Positions 46,733 through 59,222 of a stretch of DNA of 64,000 nt are shown in pieces (position 1 is the first letter of the stretch; each line of letters begins with the position of its first letter). Position numbers and translations under genes: made by a program. This stretch comes from Tubiluchus corallicola. Its lineage: Eukaryota > Animalia > Priapulida. The notes below the pieces were generated by a model that was not told the DNA's origin, did no database searches, and saw nothing but the letters and a program-made list of their open reading frames with translations. The stretch covers positions 1,178,001 through 1,242,000 of the forward strand of contig JAQGDQ010000003.1 in the NCBI GenBank assembly GCA_030141605.1, read 5' to 3'.

Positions 46733-49700
46733 CTAAACACGGTATCGTCCTGAACTTGAAAGTGCTCGTAATCGCTTCAGTAATTCTGGCGAATATGGTG
46801 AAGTTCTCGTGCTTGCTGTCTGTGATGATCCTGTACTGTAATAATACTCACGACCTCGCCACAGTCTTGACTCCTTGTTGGAAAATCTACTGTTTGCAGG
46901 AAAAGGTTTTCCAACAGAAGAGATGGGGGGTTTCTCTGTCTGATAAAGTGTTGAATATGGGAGGCTAGTCGAGGGTATTCTTTGCACCGGGTACCGTGTT
47001 GGACTTTTGCGACGTCCGTTTTTTAACACATCTACAGCTGCAGCTTCGTCGCTCTTAAAGGCTTCATCAAAGTGATGATCTGGTTCCTCAGAATTGTCAG
47101 TTTTCTTATCATCTGATGCTCGTGAAATAATTTCTCTTGCGTTTCTGGATAAACTTCGTCTTCGATTACTCCTAAGCATGCCAAGAGTAGAGCTTGAAGA
47201 TGCTGTCGTCTGCTCTGGAGTTGTTGATTTGTAAGCTGTTGCTACGTATTCTTCTTTTTTAGAAAATCTGATTCTATCGGGTCGTCTCGTAATGCCAGTA
47301 TTTGGAGACAGCAAGTGTAGCTTTGTTGAGAAAGGAAGGGATGTAGTAGAATGACTATATGTATGAGATAGTAGCTTAGACTCTGTGGTAAGTGGCAGTT
47401 CGGTTGTAGAAAATATAAATGAACTTGAGCTTGACGAATCAGTTATTGGTGGTGTATGCGTTGAAGTGGTCTCTGTCTGCACTTCTGGTGTTGTTGATGG
47501 TGGCTCAGAAGTTTTATCTTTATCTCTTTGTAGAGCATCGTTAACTACTAAAATGTCTTTGCTGTGCACCATTATTTGTGCAGGTTTTGGAAGCAGTTTA
47601 GCACTCGTACTCTGGGAATCTCTATCAGTGACTGTTACTAAGTTATTAACAGTAATATCTGGCACACCCATGTCAGGAACATAAGTCATTGTGTTTTTAG
47701 GAAATGACACAGTTGCAGTTACTGCAGTTACAGATTCACTCACTGTAGACGTACTAGACATTGGATCAGTAGACTGGCGGATTTCGCTTGTTATTCCCAA
47801 TTCTTCAGATGCGTGTTGTTTATCTCCCATAGTTTGCCCCACTTTCAAACTATTAACAGAACCTGTTGTTGTCTGGTATCCTAAAGAGAGATCTCCACTA
47901 GTTTGACCTATGGAATGGATTACTGGCGCTGGTGTTGGTGAGTATGCCCTGTAAGTGTTAGATACTTCATTGTTTTGTTGTGTATAAATTGAAGGGTTAA
48001 AAAATGTATATGGAGATGGCTGAATTGTAGTTGATGGCAGTCTAACGATTGGGGCTCTGGCAATGACAGGGCTTCTAAATGGAGAATAGGCATTTTGTGT
48101 GCTCCTTCCCAATTGAAAGTTATTGTTAACCTGGGGATTTTGGAGGTTAATTCCAGCTTCTAACTGTTTTACTACAAAAGGCTCTCCTGGAGGTGCTGGA
48201 GTTGCAAAAGCAAACTGAGGAACAACAGTCGCTTTAGTAACATGATATCCATGGTATATTGTTGGTCTAACTGCAGGCGCCTGTGTGGTAGTAGTTATTC
48301 GTATAGGTAAGTGTGTCGACGAAGGCATTGGAGTTGCTTTTGCAGTTACCTTAAATCCTGGGGTAGGTCTTTGTCTAGCATAAAAGTCTTGTATACGATT
48401 TGTTTTAGTCCCCGACGAAAAGCTATCTAAATTAAAATTGTTATAGTTGCGAAACTTGAATGGATGATGTGGTACAATGGAACTTCCGTGCAAAGTTGGG
48501 TATTTCTGGGGTACTTCAGAAGTTAGTCCTGGAAAATTGTTAATAGTTTCAAGGAGATATTCAAATTGTGGGTCAATTGGTGCGTCATTGTCATTACTAA
48601 TATGTCGTTTGAGACTGTTTTTATTAGTTGGTGGAGATTTTGTATGAGACCAACCATTTTCATTGAGATTTACTGTAAAGCTAATCTTGTCAGGTATTGA
48701 ACCTTTAACTGCAAAAGGATTATTGCAGTTTTCTTGATGACATGGTTTCATGTGAACAATTGTGGAAGGTTCGTTCAGCATTTTTTTCATAATGTATTTC
48801 AAAATTTCCGTGCTATTTAAACTATCAACATTAGGACTAGAACACTTTCCGTTATGGTCACAGACAGTAATGTTCACAATAGAAGGCACTTCTGGTGTTT
48901 TTTCTGCTTGTTTTTGAGAATGACGACTTGGCGGGCCCTGCCACTGATTTTTCTCTGAATTGTTTTGCTGAATCGTGACACCAGGCGACACTTCAAATTG
49001 CAATGTCTCATTATCCAATTTATAAACTTTTAGTGTTGGACCCAAGCTTGGGTCCTTAGCAAATGAATAACGATTTGACAGTGAAAGCCTGTCCCTTGAT
49101 CGAGCATCTCGAGAAAGACTGCTGTTGTATGCTGATAGTGACTTTGGCCTACTAAAACCTCCGCCAGATGATTTTCCACGAATCAGCTCTGACGACTGCA
49201 CACTTTCTCCTGCTAATTCTCCTCCTGATCCAAACTGAATCGTTATTTCTCCAATAACATTATCACCACCTATGCGGGAACGTCGTTGTACTGTTGCAGC
49301 GGGTGGTGGCAATGGTTCATGGAGTCCTCTGTCTATTCCTCGTCCTGCATCTAATTGAGTAACGAGTGGTTTATCTTTTAACAAAGAGGTTCCACCTGTT
49401 ACTTCCAATGGTTTGCGTTCTTCAAAAGGGTTAGCATTTCCTTGTTGATTTGGAACTTTTGCAAGCAAATAGGGATTGTAGTTTGACGAAAATAAGTTAT
49501 CAAAAATGTCATAATCTTTATAGGCATCCGTGACGCCAGTTTTTTCCTGTTGATCTTTGGTAGCATTAGTAGAAGGCTCTAGTTTAAAAAATGGATTGCC
49601 ATCGTGACCTAGAGTATCGCTATCTTCTCTAGTGGATCTACTCAAAACCTCTTGATGTCCAGAATTTTTATTAAAAACATTTTTGACAATAAATCCTGAA

Positions 49701-52700
49701 TTTGAAGTTTCATCTGAGTGTTTCCAAGCGCGTTTAATGCCCTGAGTACTGCGAGATGTTACTGCTGGTGTAGAGGAGATACCAAAACTTTGTTCACTTG
49801 GCTGAGATTTAGTTGAATTTTCCACAAAGAGATCGTTGCTCCTGGTTGTCTTTGTGACAGCATCAGTGATAGAAGAAGTAATTACGTTGCTAGTACTATC
49901 TAAGTAATCACTGACGTCAGTAGAATGCTCACTTATTTGAGCAGGAGTAACTGCGTGACTCATATCAATCATTACTGTGTTTGTTCCCCAGGTAATAATG
50001 TCAGTTGTGAAAAATGCTTCGTGTATTTTATAGCCAAGGGGGCGCTTAGTGAGTGCTTTACTTGTATCTGCTGTGCTAACATCACTGACATCAGTTTGAG
50101 CACCACTAGTTGAAGAAATCTGCTTATCAACCAATGCACTTGCTACAAAATAATCGATGCTTTCCTCATTGTTTCTACCAAGTGGGACAAAAGTGTGATT
50201 GTTTGTCATTTTTGTAGATGTGTCAAACTTGTTATCACTTGTTGCCTCTGCTTTTTTGTTCATAATAGCCTCGGTTATAGCTATACTTATTGGTGAAGTT
50301 GTTAGTGTGTCCATCATAGTTACATATCTTGTACTTTTTGAAACATGGTGCTTTTGTTTAGCGTGTTCCATACTTCCTGATGTATTGTTCTCGTTAACAG
50401 TTTCTGCTTTTGATAGGCTTTTGTTAACTAAACCATCTATACCAACTAAACTAGGCTTTGTCGTCATATTTTGTTCAATGTCACGTTGTGTTTCTTTAAT
50501 GGAGTTATCAACTTCCTTACTAATATGTGAGGATCGTTTATATTGGTCTACATTGCTTGAATGTTTTTTCTGTAGACTTGGAATCAAATTTCTATCTAGT
50601 GATCGTGCAAAGTCTGCCACTTCTGACGTTCCTTTAGGAAGGAGTAGAAGTTTTAATTTGTTTTCGTAGTTTAAGTTAAGCCTCCCTAAATGAGTTCTTC
50701 CTCTAAATCGTGACTCCCTACTTGTCTTACTAGCGTCTGCTGTTGTTGTTATTCCTGTTGTGGTTGCTTCTGTAACAGATGCCTTTGTTTGCATTGTTTG
50801 CAGTATTGTGTGCGTTGTTTCTGGAAATGCTGTCACAAAAAAATCAATGTTTGACATATCAGTAGAATACATCATTTCTGAAGCAAGTGTTGTCGTCGAA
50901 ACCCTTTCAATATCTTCAGCTTCTTTGTGGTTTTCTAATCTTGATGTTGGCAAATGATGCACAGATTTAAGTTTGCTATTTTGTGCTTGTACTAAAGCAG
51001 CTGCTTCACTGAGAGAAAAATCACTTTCTTCAGTAGTCTCAGTACTAGTAGACAAAAAGGAATCTGTTGTTACCGATAGCCCTTGAATTAAGGCATCATC
51101 AGTTGTGGTTTCTATTGTGCTTTCTATCGTAACAATTTCATCTGCTTCATCATGTTCAGGCATATTGGTAGTAACATCTACCAGTGATGTCTGTATTGTT
51201 GATGACTCACTGCTGTCTGAACTTTTCATGACCTCCATTGTACTCACTGGCATTTCAGTGAATCTGTTTGTGATTGGAGTTTCCGTATTTTTACTGGTAG
51301 ACAAGTCTTTTTCAGTGGGTGTAGTGACCTGCCGCTGGGGAAGTGCTAGTGGATTTGTTAATGGATGATGGCCATTTTCTAACACTTGTTTGAATCGAGG
51401 GTTTAAATTTGGTCGTGAAGTTTTAGCAAGATTGTTCATTCGACTAGGATCTCGCATAGCAATCTCATACAAGTGCTTCTCTGTGGTAGATTTATCCATT
51501 CGCATTACATCGTCTGGCTGTAGAGTGATCTGTGTAGTACCAGAAGACCTCATCATTCTAGTTTCGTTTCGAGTTGCATGTAGATAAGGAGGCATATTTG
51601 ACATTGGAGGACCTTCAGTACTTTCAGTTCTAAAAGATGATTGACTACCACTACTTCTTGGTGCATTTACATATGGTGGTTCCTGAGTCATGTCTGTTGT
51701 ACCAGAATATTTCATCTTTCTAGTACTGTTTCTAGTTGCATGTAGATATGATGACAGAGTAGTGAATAGTTCTTGAGGTTCTTCAGTAGTATATGCCATA
51801 GTGCCAGGCTCATATGCAGTTGCTCGAAGGTATGAGTAAACACCCGGATTATTTTTCATCATTGTCTCAGTAGCAAATGTATTATCATAATTACCTTCAT
51901 TCGTATGGATGCCACGATTTGGATTTCTTTTGACATTTAATTCTCTCCCAAAACGTGACCTCACCGTTGCTTGATATGCCCAAGCAGGGTCGCTATATAC
52001 AAATTCATCTCTTGTGCGGCTGAAGTTCCTACTTGACATGTCAGTTTTTAGCAGATCTCTTCGTCTACTGTCGTTTCTAAATGCTAGGTTGCCAATGTTA
52101 AAAAACGTTCGTTCACGGCGTTGACTTCTTGAAGCAGGTGTTCTCGCATTGGCTATTTGATACTCAGCAGAATGATAATGCAAAGCTATGCTAGGGCGTA
52201 TATCTCCATGTTCTCGATTCATTGAACGTGATATATTATCTAATATGTCGCCGGACATGTCACTTGAAACATCAGAAGAGTTGGCTGAACCCATTAATGA
52301 ATCATATGACATATCTTTTGTTTGTGAGGCAACTTGATTCTGAATGTATGGCATTGATGATGGGTGCTCGGTTGTTTCTGCTACTAATTCCCCGGCGTCA
52401 GTAAAAGCAGTCGACGTAGATGTAGTCTCTGTTGTTGGATAGTATTCCTGAGTTTCAGTGTTTTCATCTTGTGTGTTATGTGTGTGTATATGGGTGCCAG
52501 CAAGTGGCCGTAAATGGTGAAATTTCCGATTACGTCTAACTACACTGTCATTGTCACCTATAGCTGGACTCTTCTCTGTGCTAACATCAAATGTTGAGGC
52601 AGTGTCTCGATGTTGCAAGGTGGCTATTGCATGATCTTTGGATCTAGCTCTATGTGGAGAAGACGAATAAACACTTAGAGGAGTAGTGGAAATTGGTTTT

Positions 52701-54074
52701 ACGACATTTATCAGCTGTTCTTTGTAAGCCTGGTCGCTGGCTTTCCTTATAATATTACCAATTCGAGTAAGAACTGACTTAGTTCTAGATTCTTCTGGTG
52801 CTCCAGTAGTTGGTGCAATATTTACATAACCAATTGTTGGCGCATTCCTTTGTCTCAGCAATACCCGTTTTTTCTCTGCGTATCGACTTCTGTGAGTCTG
52901 GTCAGGATGGTGCCTGCCACTTCTATCAACGTTGATGTTTTTTACATTGCCATCTTTATGGGTCAGTGTACGAATACTTCTAGAAACAGTTTTGGGTTCA
53001 ACATTCTGTTTTTCAAAAACACTGTTATGAACACCGTACACGTCGTCGTATGGACTGTCATACTGCGTCTCCGTGGTCACTTCTGCACTTTGGTCCCTCC
53101 AATATCTTTGTTCATAAAACCGTTCTCTCTTGTTGGCGTTTCTCGTTTTGTCTGCTCTAGAACCGTCTTTGTTTGGAGTTCCGAACACTCTGCTGGTTGC
53201 ATGTGGGTTTTCCTCTGTTACACTGTCCGTTTGACGGGTAGTGTATGGATCTATGTATACTGGAGCAGTCACATCACTATATTGCCCAAAAACCAGTAAT
53301 GCCTAAATCAAAGATGAGATGGACTATTATAATTTTATAAAAACATTACTATCACACAAAGAATAATCTTCTTTGCAATAATCGGCAACAGTGAATGACA
53401 CAAACGAAACTGACATATCGCCAAAAACCACTGGCCGTCAAATTATAATCGAATTAGAAATGGCCAGTTAATAGTTATTATAAACAAATTCTTCTAGCCG
53501 ATTACAGCTTTTTTTAAACTATAGGACTACAGTTTTTAAAAATAAAAAAATGTGCGTAAATATACTATTACGTACGTAATTATTTTACAAATCGTAGATT
53601 CTGACAAAAGCACTTAGAAGTCAATTGCATTTAACTCAGATGACATTGGAATTCATAAAGTTTGTTGGACTATATACCATTCCGATTAAGAGCGCTGACA
53701 CACCATCAAGCTCAACTCAAGTCATTTGACAATGGATCTTCAACTGATTTCAAATCTTGTTCCCACCTTTCCTAACTTTTACAAGTTTGTAGAAAACTTA
53801 GAATTGATAACAGCTTATGACTTAATTTGAATCCTAGGACACATAAATTCATGCAGCTGCCCTAAAGAAGTTACAGTTGATATACAATTTTATCAAAAAT
53901 TTGAGTAGAAACTAGGAAATTCATCTAGGTCCAAGTGCTTGTGCGTTATTTGCTAGCGCCTTACTGCATTTGGTCTTATAAATTTAACAGCATTGTAACA
54001 AATGTTCAAACGCTTTTAATTTCTTTATGCATACTAACCTGACAACAAATTAAGCTGAATTCAAGCCACAACAT
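46733..54074 (-). CDS. Large secreted Ser/Thr-rich, mucin-like, probably disordered protein (~2201 aa); two coding exons
   Basis: Exon 54074-54039 (MLWLEFSLICCQ, donor CAG|gttagt, upstream tttttcag acceptor at 54092) joins in phase 0 to a 6570-nt exon 53302-46733 (acceptor tttgatttag|GCA; ALLVFGQYSD...). Together they form a signal peptide. The ORF is ~2190 codons with no TM segment or recognisable domain. Confidence 0.82.
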
Positions 54075-55615
54075 TTGCCTTATTCAGCTCGCCTGAAAAA
54101 GAATTATGAATAAAGAATTAAAATATGATTTGCCAAAGTTGTTTCAATAGCAATTGTTTTATACCAGCAAGAAAACTTTAACAAAGCTGAGTCTTCTATG
54201 ACACTAAAATTTGACGTCATTAATAGAGCACTTATTAGTTTCAGTTTTTCATAAGTTGCAAGTTTTATGAGTTATAAATATTTATTCAGTCGAAGTCTTT
54301 GAGATACAAAATGCAGAAATTTACGAATATTTTTCAAAAAACTAAACAATAAACAAAAATAATCAAAAACTCTCTTACTAGCTGTAAATATTATCCGACA
54401 TAGTTAATTTTGTAAATTTGTAAAAAAAACTTGTCATGTTCACGTGATCTGAAGCATTAATGTAATAAAATCAAGTAATGTAGATACTATTTCGAAAAGC
54501 CCGTAAAGCAACGTCTATTTTGCAGTAATTTATTGCTATAACAGTATCCCACACCTTATTAAATCTGAACAATACTGTCTATTATTACATACGAGTGAAA
54601 TTTAAAAGCACATCATTAGGCATTTTTCTTTGCCTAAAGTATAAACCTGAATACACAGGCTTTCATTGTTCAAGCTTAAATGCAACCGGTAGCAGTAAAT
54701 ATAAAAATAGAGGAAGTAAACAGAGTGCAGTTTTAGTGGATTTAAGACTGTAGCCCATTATATTGTCTTTAGTTTATCATACAGTTACTCCAAAGATCTC
54801 TTCTTTATATTTATTTCTTTCATTTTTCCGTGTTGATTTTCTTTGATTTCTTTACCATTTTTGCTACATTTAATTGTGAATTGTTACCAGATAATGCCTT
54901 CGTTAATTTGTTTAATTTCGCCGAGAGGCTGAAATACGTGAATTAATACCTTTAAACTACGTTAAATACGTGCGGAACAGTGAATTCAAGTTGGGATCTG
55001 ATATTGAACAGACGTCTAAACGGTTTTTTGCAAAAATAATTAAATGACGATATTTTTGCCAAATTCTGATTAGTTTGCACTCCAGTCAGTATTTAAATTC
55101 ACTGTCTAGACTGTTAAACGACAGTCCATATGCTACAAACTGCGTGCAAACTGATTTTGAAATAAAGAAAAAAATTATGATTCAGCACACAGCTTAGAGC
55201 TAGAATAAGAACAAATCACCTTTCCGAATTAGGCTACGTGGAACAAAAAGGCAAATCATAAAAACTGATAGGGATACGATAATGGAGGGCGTTTTAACTG
55301 CGTGTAATATTTGCGCACTAGGCCTGTTGATTATGTCACCTTTGCCTGCTGGCGCATATTAACGTGATGCACTAACCGGCTCCCCGGCACTATTAGAAAT
55401 CTGTGTGAGCTAACTGGCTACATGTGATTCTTTGAATTAGATGTAATAAAACGCAAAACGGTGTAATCACCAATTATGAGAACTTCACGTATTTCTATAA
55501 ATGACTGACGATACACCTAATTAAAGCTTGTGAAGAGGAGGTTTATTAAACGATACATGCACAATTTTATAATTTTGCAAGGTGTTTGCAAAGGATAAAG
55601 AAAGAAAATAGAGAA

Positions 55616-55887
<272 letters not shown>

Positions 55888-57275
55888 GGACGATGAATTG
55901 GAAAAATCACTAATATTTATAAATGATGCGAGAAAAAGATATTTAAACATACCGGTCTGATGTAAAATAGCAAATCAAGATATCAGAATACAGTAAAAAC
56001 GCGCAAATTCTGCACATGAATATAACAGCTAAATAGATGCAGTGGCAGTTACAATAACTCTCCAGTAGGACTGTAGGAGTAAGTAAACGTTGCAAGTTTC
56101 ACTTTCCGTATACAGTTCACTGACATGTGTCATAACAATAGTCATCATTGTAATAGCGGATACATGTATTAAAACTCGGCACCTGGCGGAACTGACTTGA
56201 TTTAATCCATATTACATACCGTTATACTTTCACTATCTACAATGTTAAACAAATCATTGTGCGCAATTATGGATTATATTGCTAGGCTGATTATGCACTT
56301 TTCATATCTAATATGGTCAACCTCAAAACTGAACGAACTTTGCTAGAAAACTTATTGTGTGGGTAACATTGATTTTTATGATTCATTTATGGTTTTAGGT
56401 TATTTTTATACTTTTTGCAGGTGCAATGACATTATAGATGCATGAGAGCATCGGCGTTGGTCAAGCAGCTCTTCGTTTTATGTAGCATGACTCTAACTGT
56501 AATACCAAAGTCGAAAGTGGTGACACAGTTAAGTCCAAAACGTCATGCACAATGTCCTACTTTAAAAACAAAGCTGTTAAAATAATAAAACCACATTAAA
56601 ACCAATTAATCTAGTACGTCTGTTGCCAATGGACCATGCTTATAGGATGGCGACAAAGAACAGTCTCTTTTCCTGTGGCAATAATGTTGTATTATTCCTA
56701 TGTGTTCTGTTATGACCGTGATCATTTGTGTAAAACTGTATCATAATAAACAGGTGGTATTAAATCTACGGACAAACAGTCCATGTAGTTTATCCTTTAT
56801 GCAGACAAAATGAATGTTGCAAATTAACAATAAAAATTAATTCTTAATGACAAGAACAGTAACAATGAATTAAGAAGTCCCACAATTAAAAAACAAGAAA
56901 AAGGCAGGAAAAACGCTACGTTTCAAGGTGCCACTACAGTTCAGGTGAAAGATAAGAACAAAAAATCACACGAAATTGCTAAAACTCATTTTTGGGTAGG
57001 ATAATTATGAGTGTGTCATATTAAAAAGAAATACAAGCATATAGAAAGACACAGAAAAGAACCGTAAATAAAAGCGAAAGGGAGAAACATAGAAGTATAT
57101 CACTGGCCATCGTTACAGAACTAGTGGGACATGCAGATAGTTTTTGTTGTGTCCAACTTTGCTCTGCAATTGTGATAGCGTATTACATTCAGGAAAAGGT
57201 TTGCCAGTAATTGCCCTATCCTATAAAAATTCAAAGAATCTATTAAACCAATTTTATTACAGGTACATAAAAATC

Positions 57276-57438
57276 ATTTGTAGTTAAATACAACACAACT
57301 TTATTAAAAACTTTTATATTAAAAAGTTAAAAGTTAAAACCATGCCAAACGTTTCGACTAGCTGCTACTGTCATCATTGGTAAATTTACAAACATACAAT
57401 TAGTTTTTAATAAAGTTGTGTTGTTTTTAACTACAAAT
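57276..57438 (-). mobile_element. Penelope-like inverted-repeat remnant with a decayed minimal hammerhead-ribozyme motif
   Basis: 37-bp inverted arms (57276-57312 and 57402-57438, 1 mismatch) contain aataaagttgtgttg. The interior reads, on the minus strand, ccaatgatgac-agtagcagcta-gtcgaaacgtttgg. Confidence 0.55.
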
Positions 57439-58271
57439 CTATTAAGCATTAAACCTGAAAAGTTGAGTGCATTTAAGAAGGTTGTTTTTAATACATTTAT
57501 GATTTTTGCATGTCTGGGAAACCAAGATACCTGAGCAGAAGAAAAGACTTATGAATGGGGTTATGAAAAAAATTAGGAAAACTATATATACTAAACTAAA
57601 ATGTAAAACCAAAATTAACAAAAATGATGCGAATAAACAGAAATCGCAATGTGCTATGTAGTTGTTATTACAACAACTTGTTATTGCAAGTTGTTTGATT
57701 AGAAAATTGAGAACCTGTTAACACATATAACATCAGCGTATGTTTGTATTGTACTAGTGCGTCTCGATAGATGGAGCTAGTGATTTGCCGAAAACATTAA
57801 ATAGCATTATAAACTGTGGCAACTAAAACTACATTTAACAAACAAAAATCATTGGAGCCTCACGTTGGTAAAATAGCAATAATTGTTATTAAATAAATAA
57901 TGACTCACTTTCAGATGTGTTATTAAAGAAGCTGTGAATTTAGACAACATGGTGTTGTGCGAAAAACCTTGATTTGCACATAAAGTCAAGTTGGAATTTT
58001 TTACAATTAAAGCAGATTCAACATTTGTTTTTTAGTGATGTTAAATTTTTGCTGTAGTACAAATAAAGTGTAGTTAGTTTCTCTGACATGGATAACCAAT
58101 TCATTTTCTGGCCTATGCCTACAAAACGTTTTTTTGTTTGTCTAGAAAATTTCGACTTTTTATTTAAACCGCATTAAAATCTCTAATTTATATATATATT
58201 TTTATTTAAAACTTGATATTTATGAAATATACATCTAGCTAAGACACTATAGCAGACAACCTCAGAACAAT

Positions 58272-58325
58272 TTTCTCAATGGTCACCCATTCACTCACTA
58301 TCAAAATCGGTACTGCTTAACCGTA
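58272..58325 (-). pseudogene. Possible decayed 5S-rRNA-derived (SINE3-like) fragment
   Basis: Plus strand ggtcacccat....acta........ctgcttaac has the spacing of the reverse complement of the 5S internal control region (ggtcacccatccaagtactaacc...ctgcttaac). The match is short and divergent. Confidence 0.3.
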
Positions 58326-58912
58326 GCTAAGCCATTCACATTCCGTAATTATGGAGTTATTCTCCTCACCTCAGTGGGATGGGTTATTTTTCTTTCTGTT
58401 GGTGTTGCTTATAATTTAGGTTCTTCTTTCTTCCTGATTCAAATTCATCACTAAAAGTATTGCAAGAGGATGGTAAATGAAATGCGGCATAAGTTAGGTT
58501 TCTTTCATTCAAGTTTATATTTGCACGTCGGATTATATAATACGCATAAAAACAAAAAGACTGTGAAATGTGCATAAACCTAAACTCAGTAACTCCCTTC
58601 ATTGACCCTAGATGGTGCGAAAGAGGCTCTGGCGATAGAGTAGCAGAAAGTGCTGTAAAACATTTTCAACTTTAGATATACACGCATACAGACTTTTAAA
58701 CTAGTCAACGGTGTACCAGCATGCATAGTTAATTGCACACTGGCCTGCGACCCGTGCTTACAGGTCAGTTGTTCAAATTCAAGTTGAATATCGATTTTTC
58801 CTCACCTCCTTTTCAACCACATTTTATTTAAAGAATTTCGTAACTTAATGCACACTTTTAGTAAACTAAATAATAATACTAGCTTAATAAACTACTTTTG
58901 TTATTATTGGTG

Positions 58913-59222
<310 letters not shown>

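Noticed and set aside
46733-46760. Splicing of the second giant exon onto the ZP exons as an alternative ectodomain
   Set aside because: The only phase-1 GT near the end (ACC|gtgttt) is a poor donor, and the ORF ends in a normal stop. Not supported without RNA data.
46756-53299. Multiple short + strand ORFs opposite the 2179-aa ORF
   Set aside because: Same antisense shadow effect.
55952-56017. ATG-containing exon (MCRICAFLLYSDILICYFTSD) as the start of the secreted protein
   Set aside because: Its donor is phase 2, incompatible with the phase-0 acceptor at 53302. The 54074-54039 exon fits better, and this one may be a non-coding first exon.
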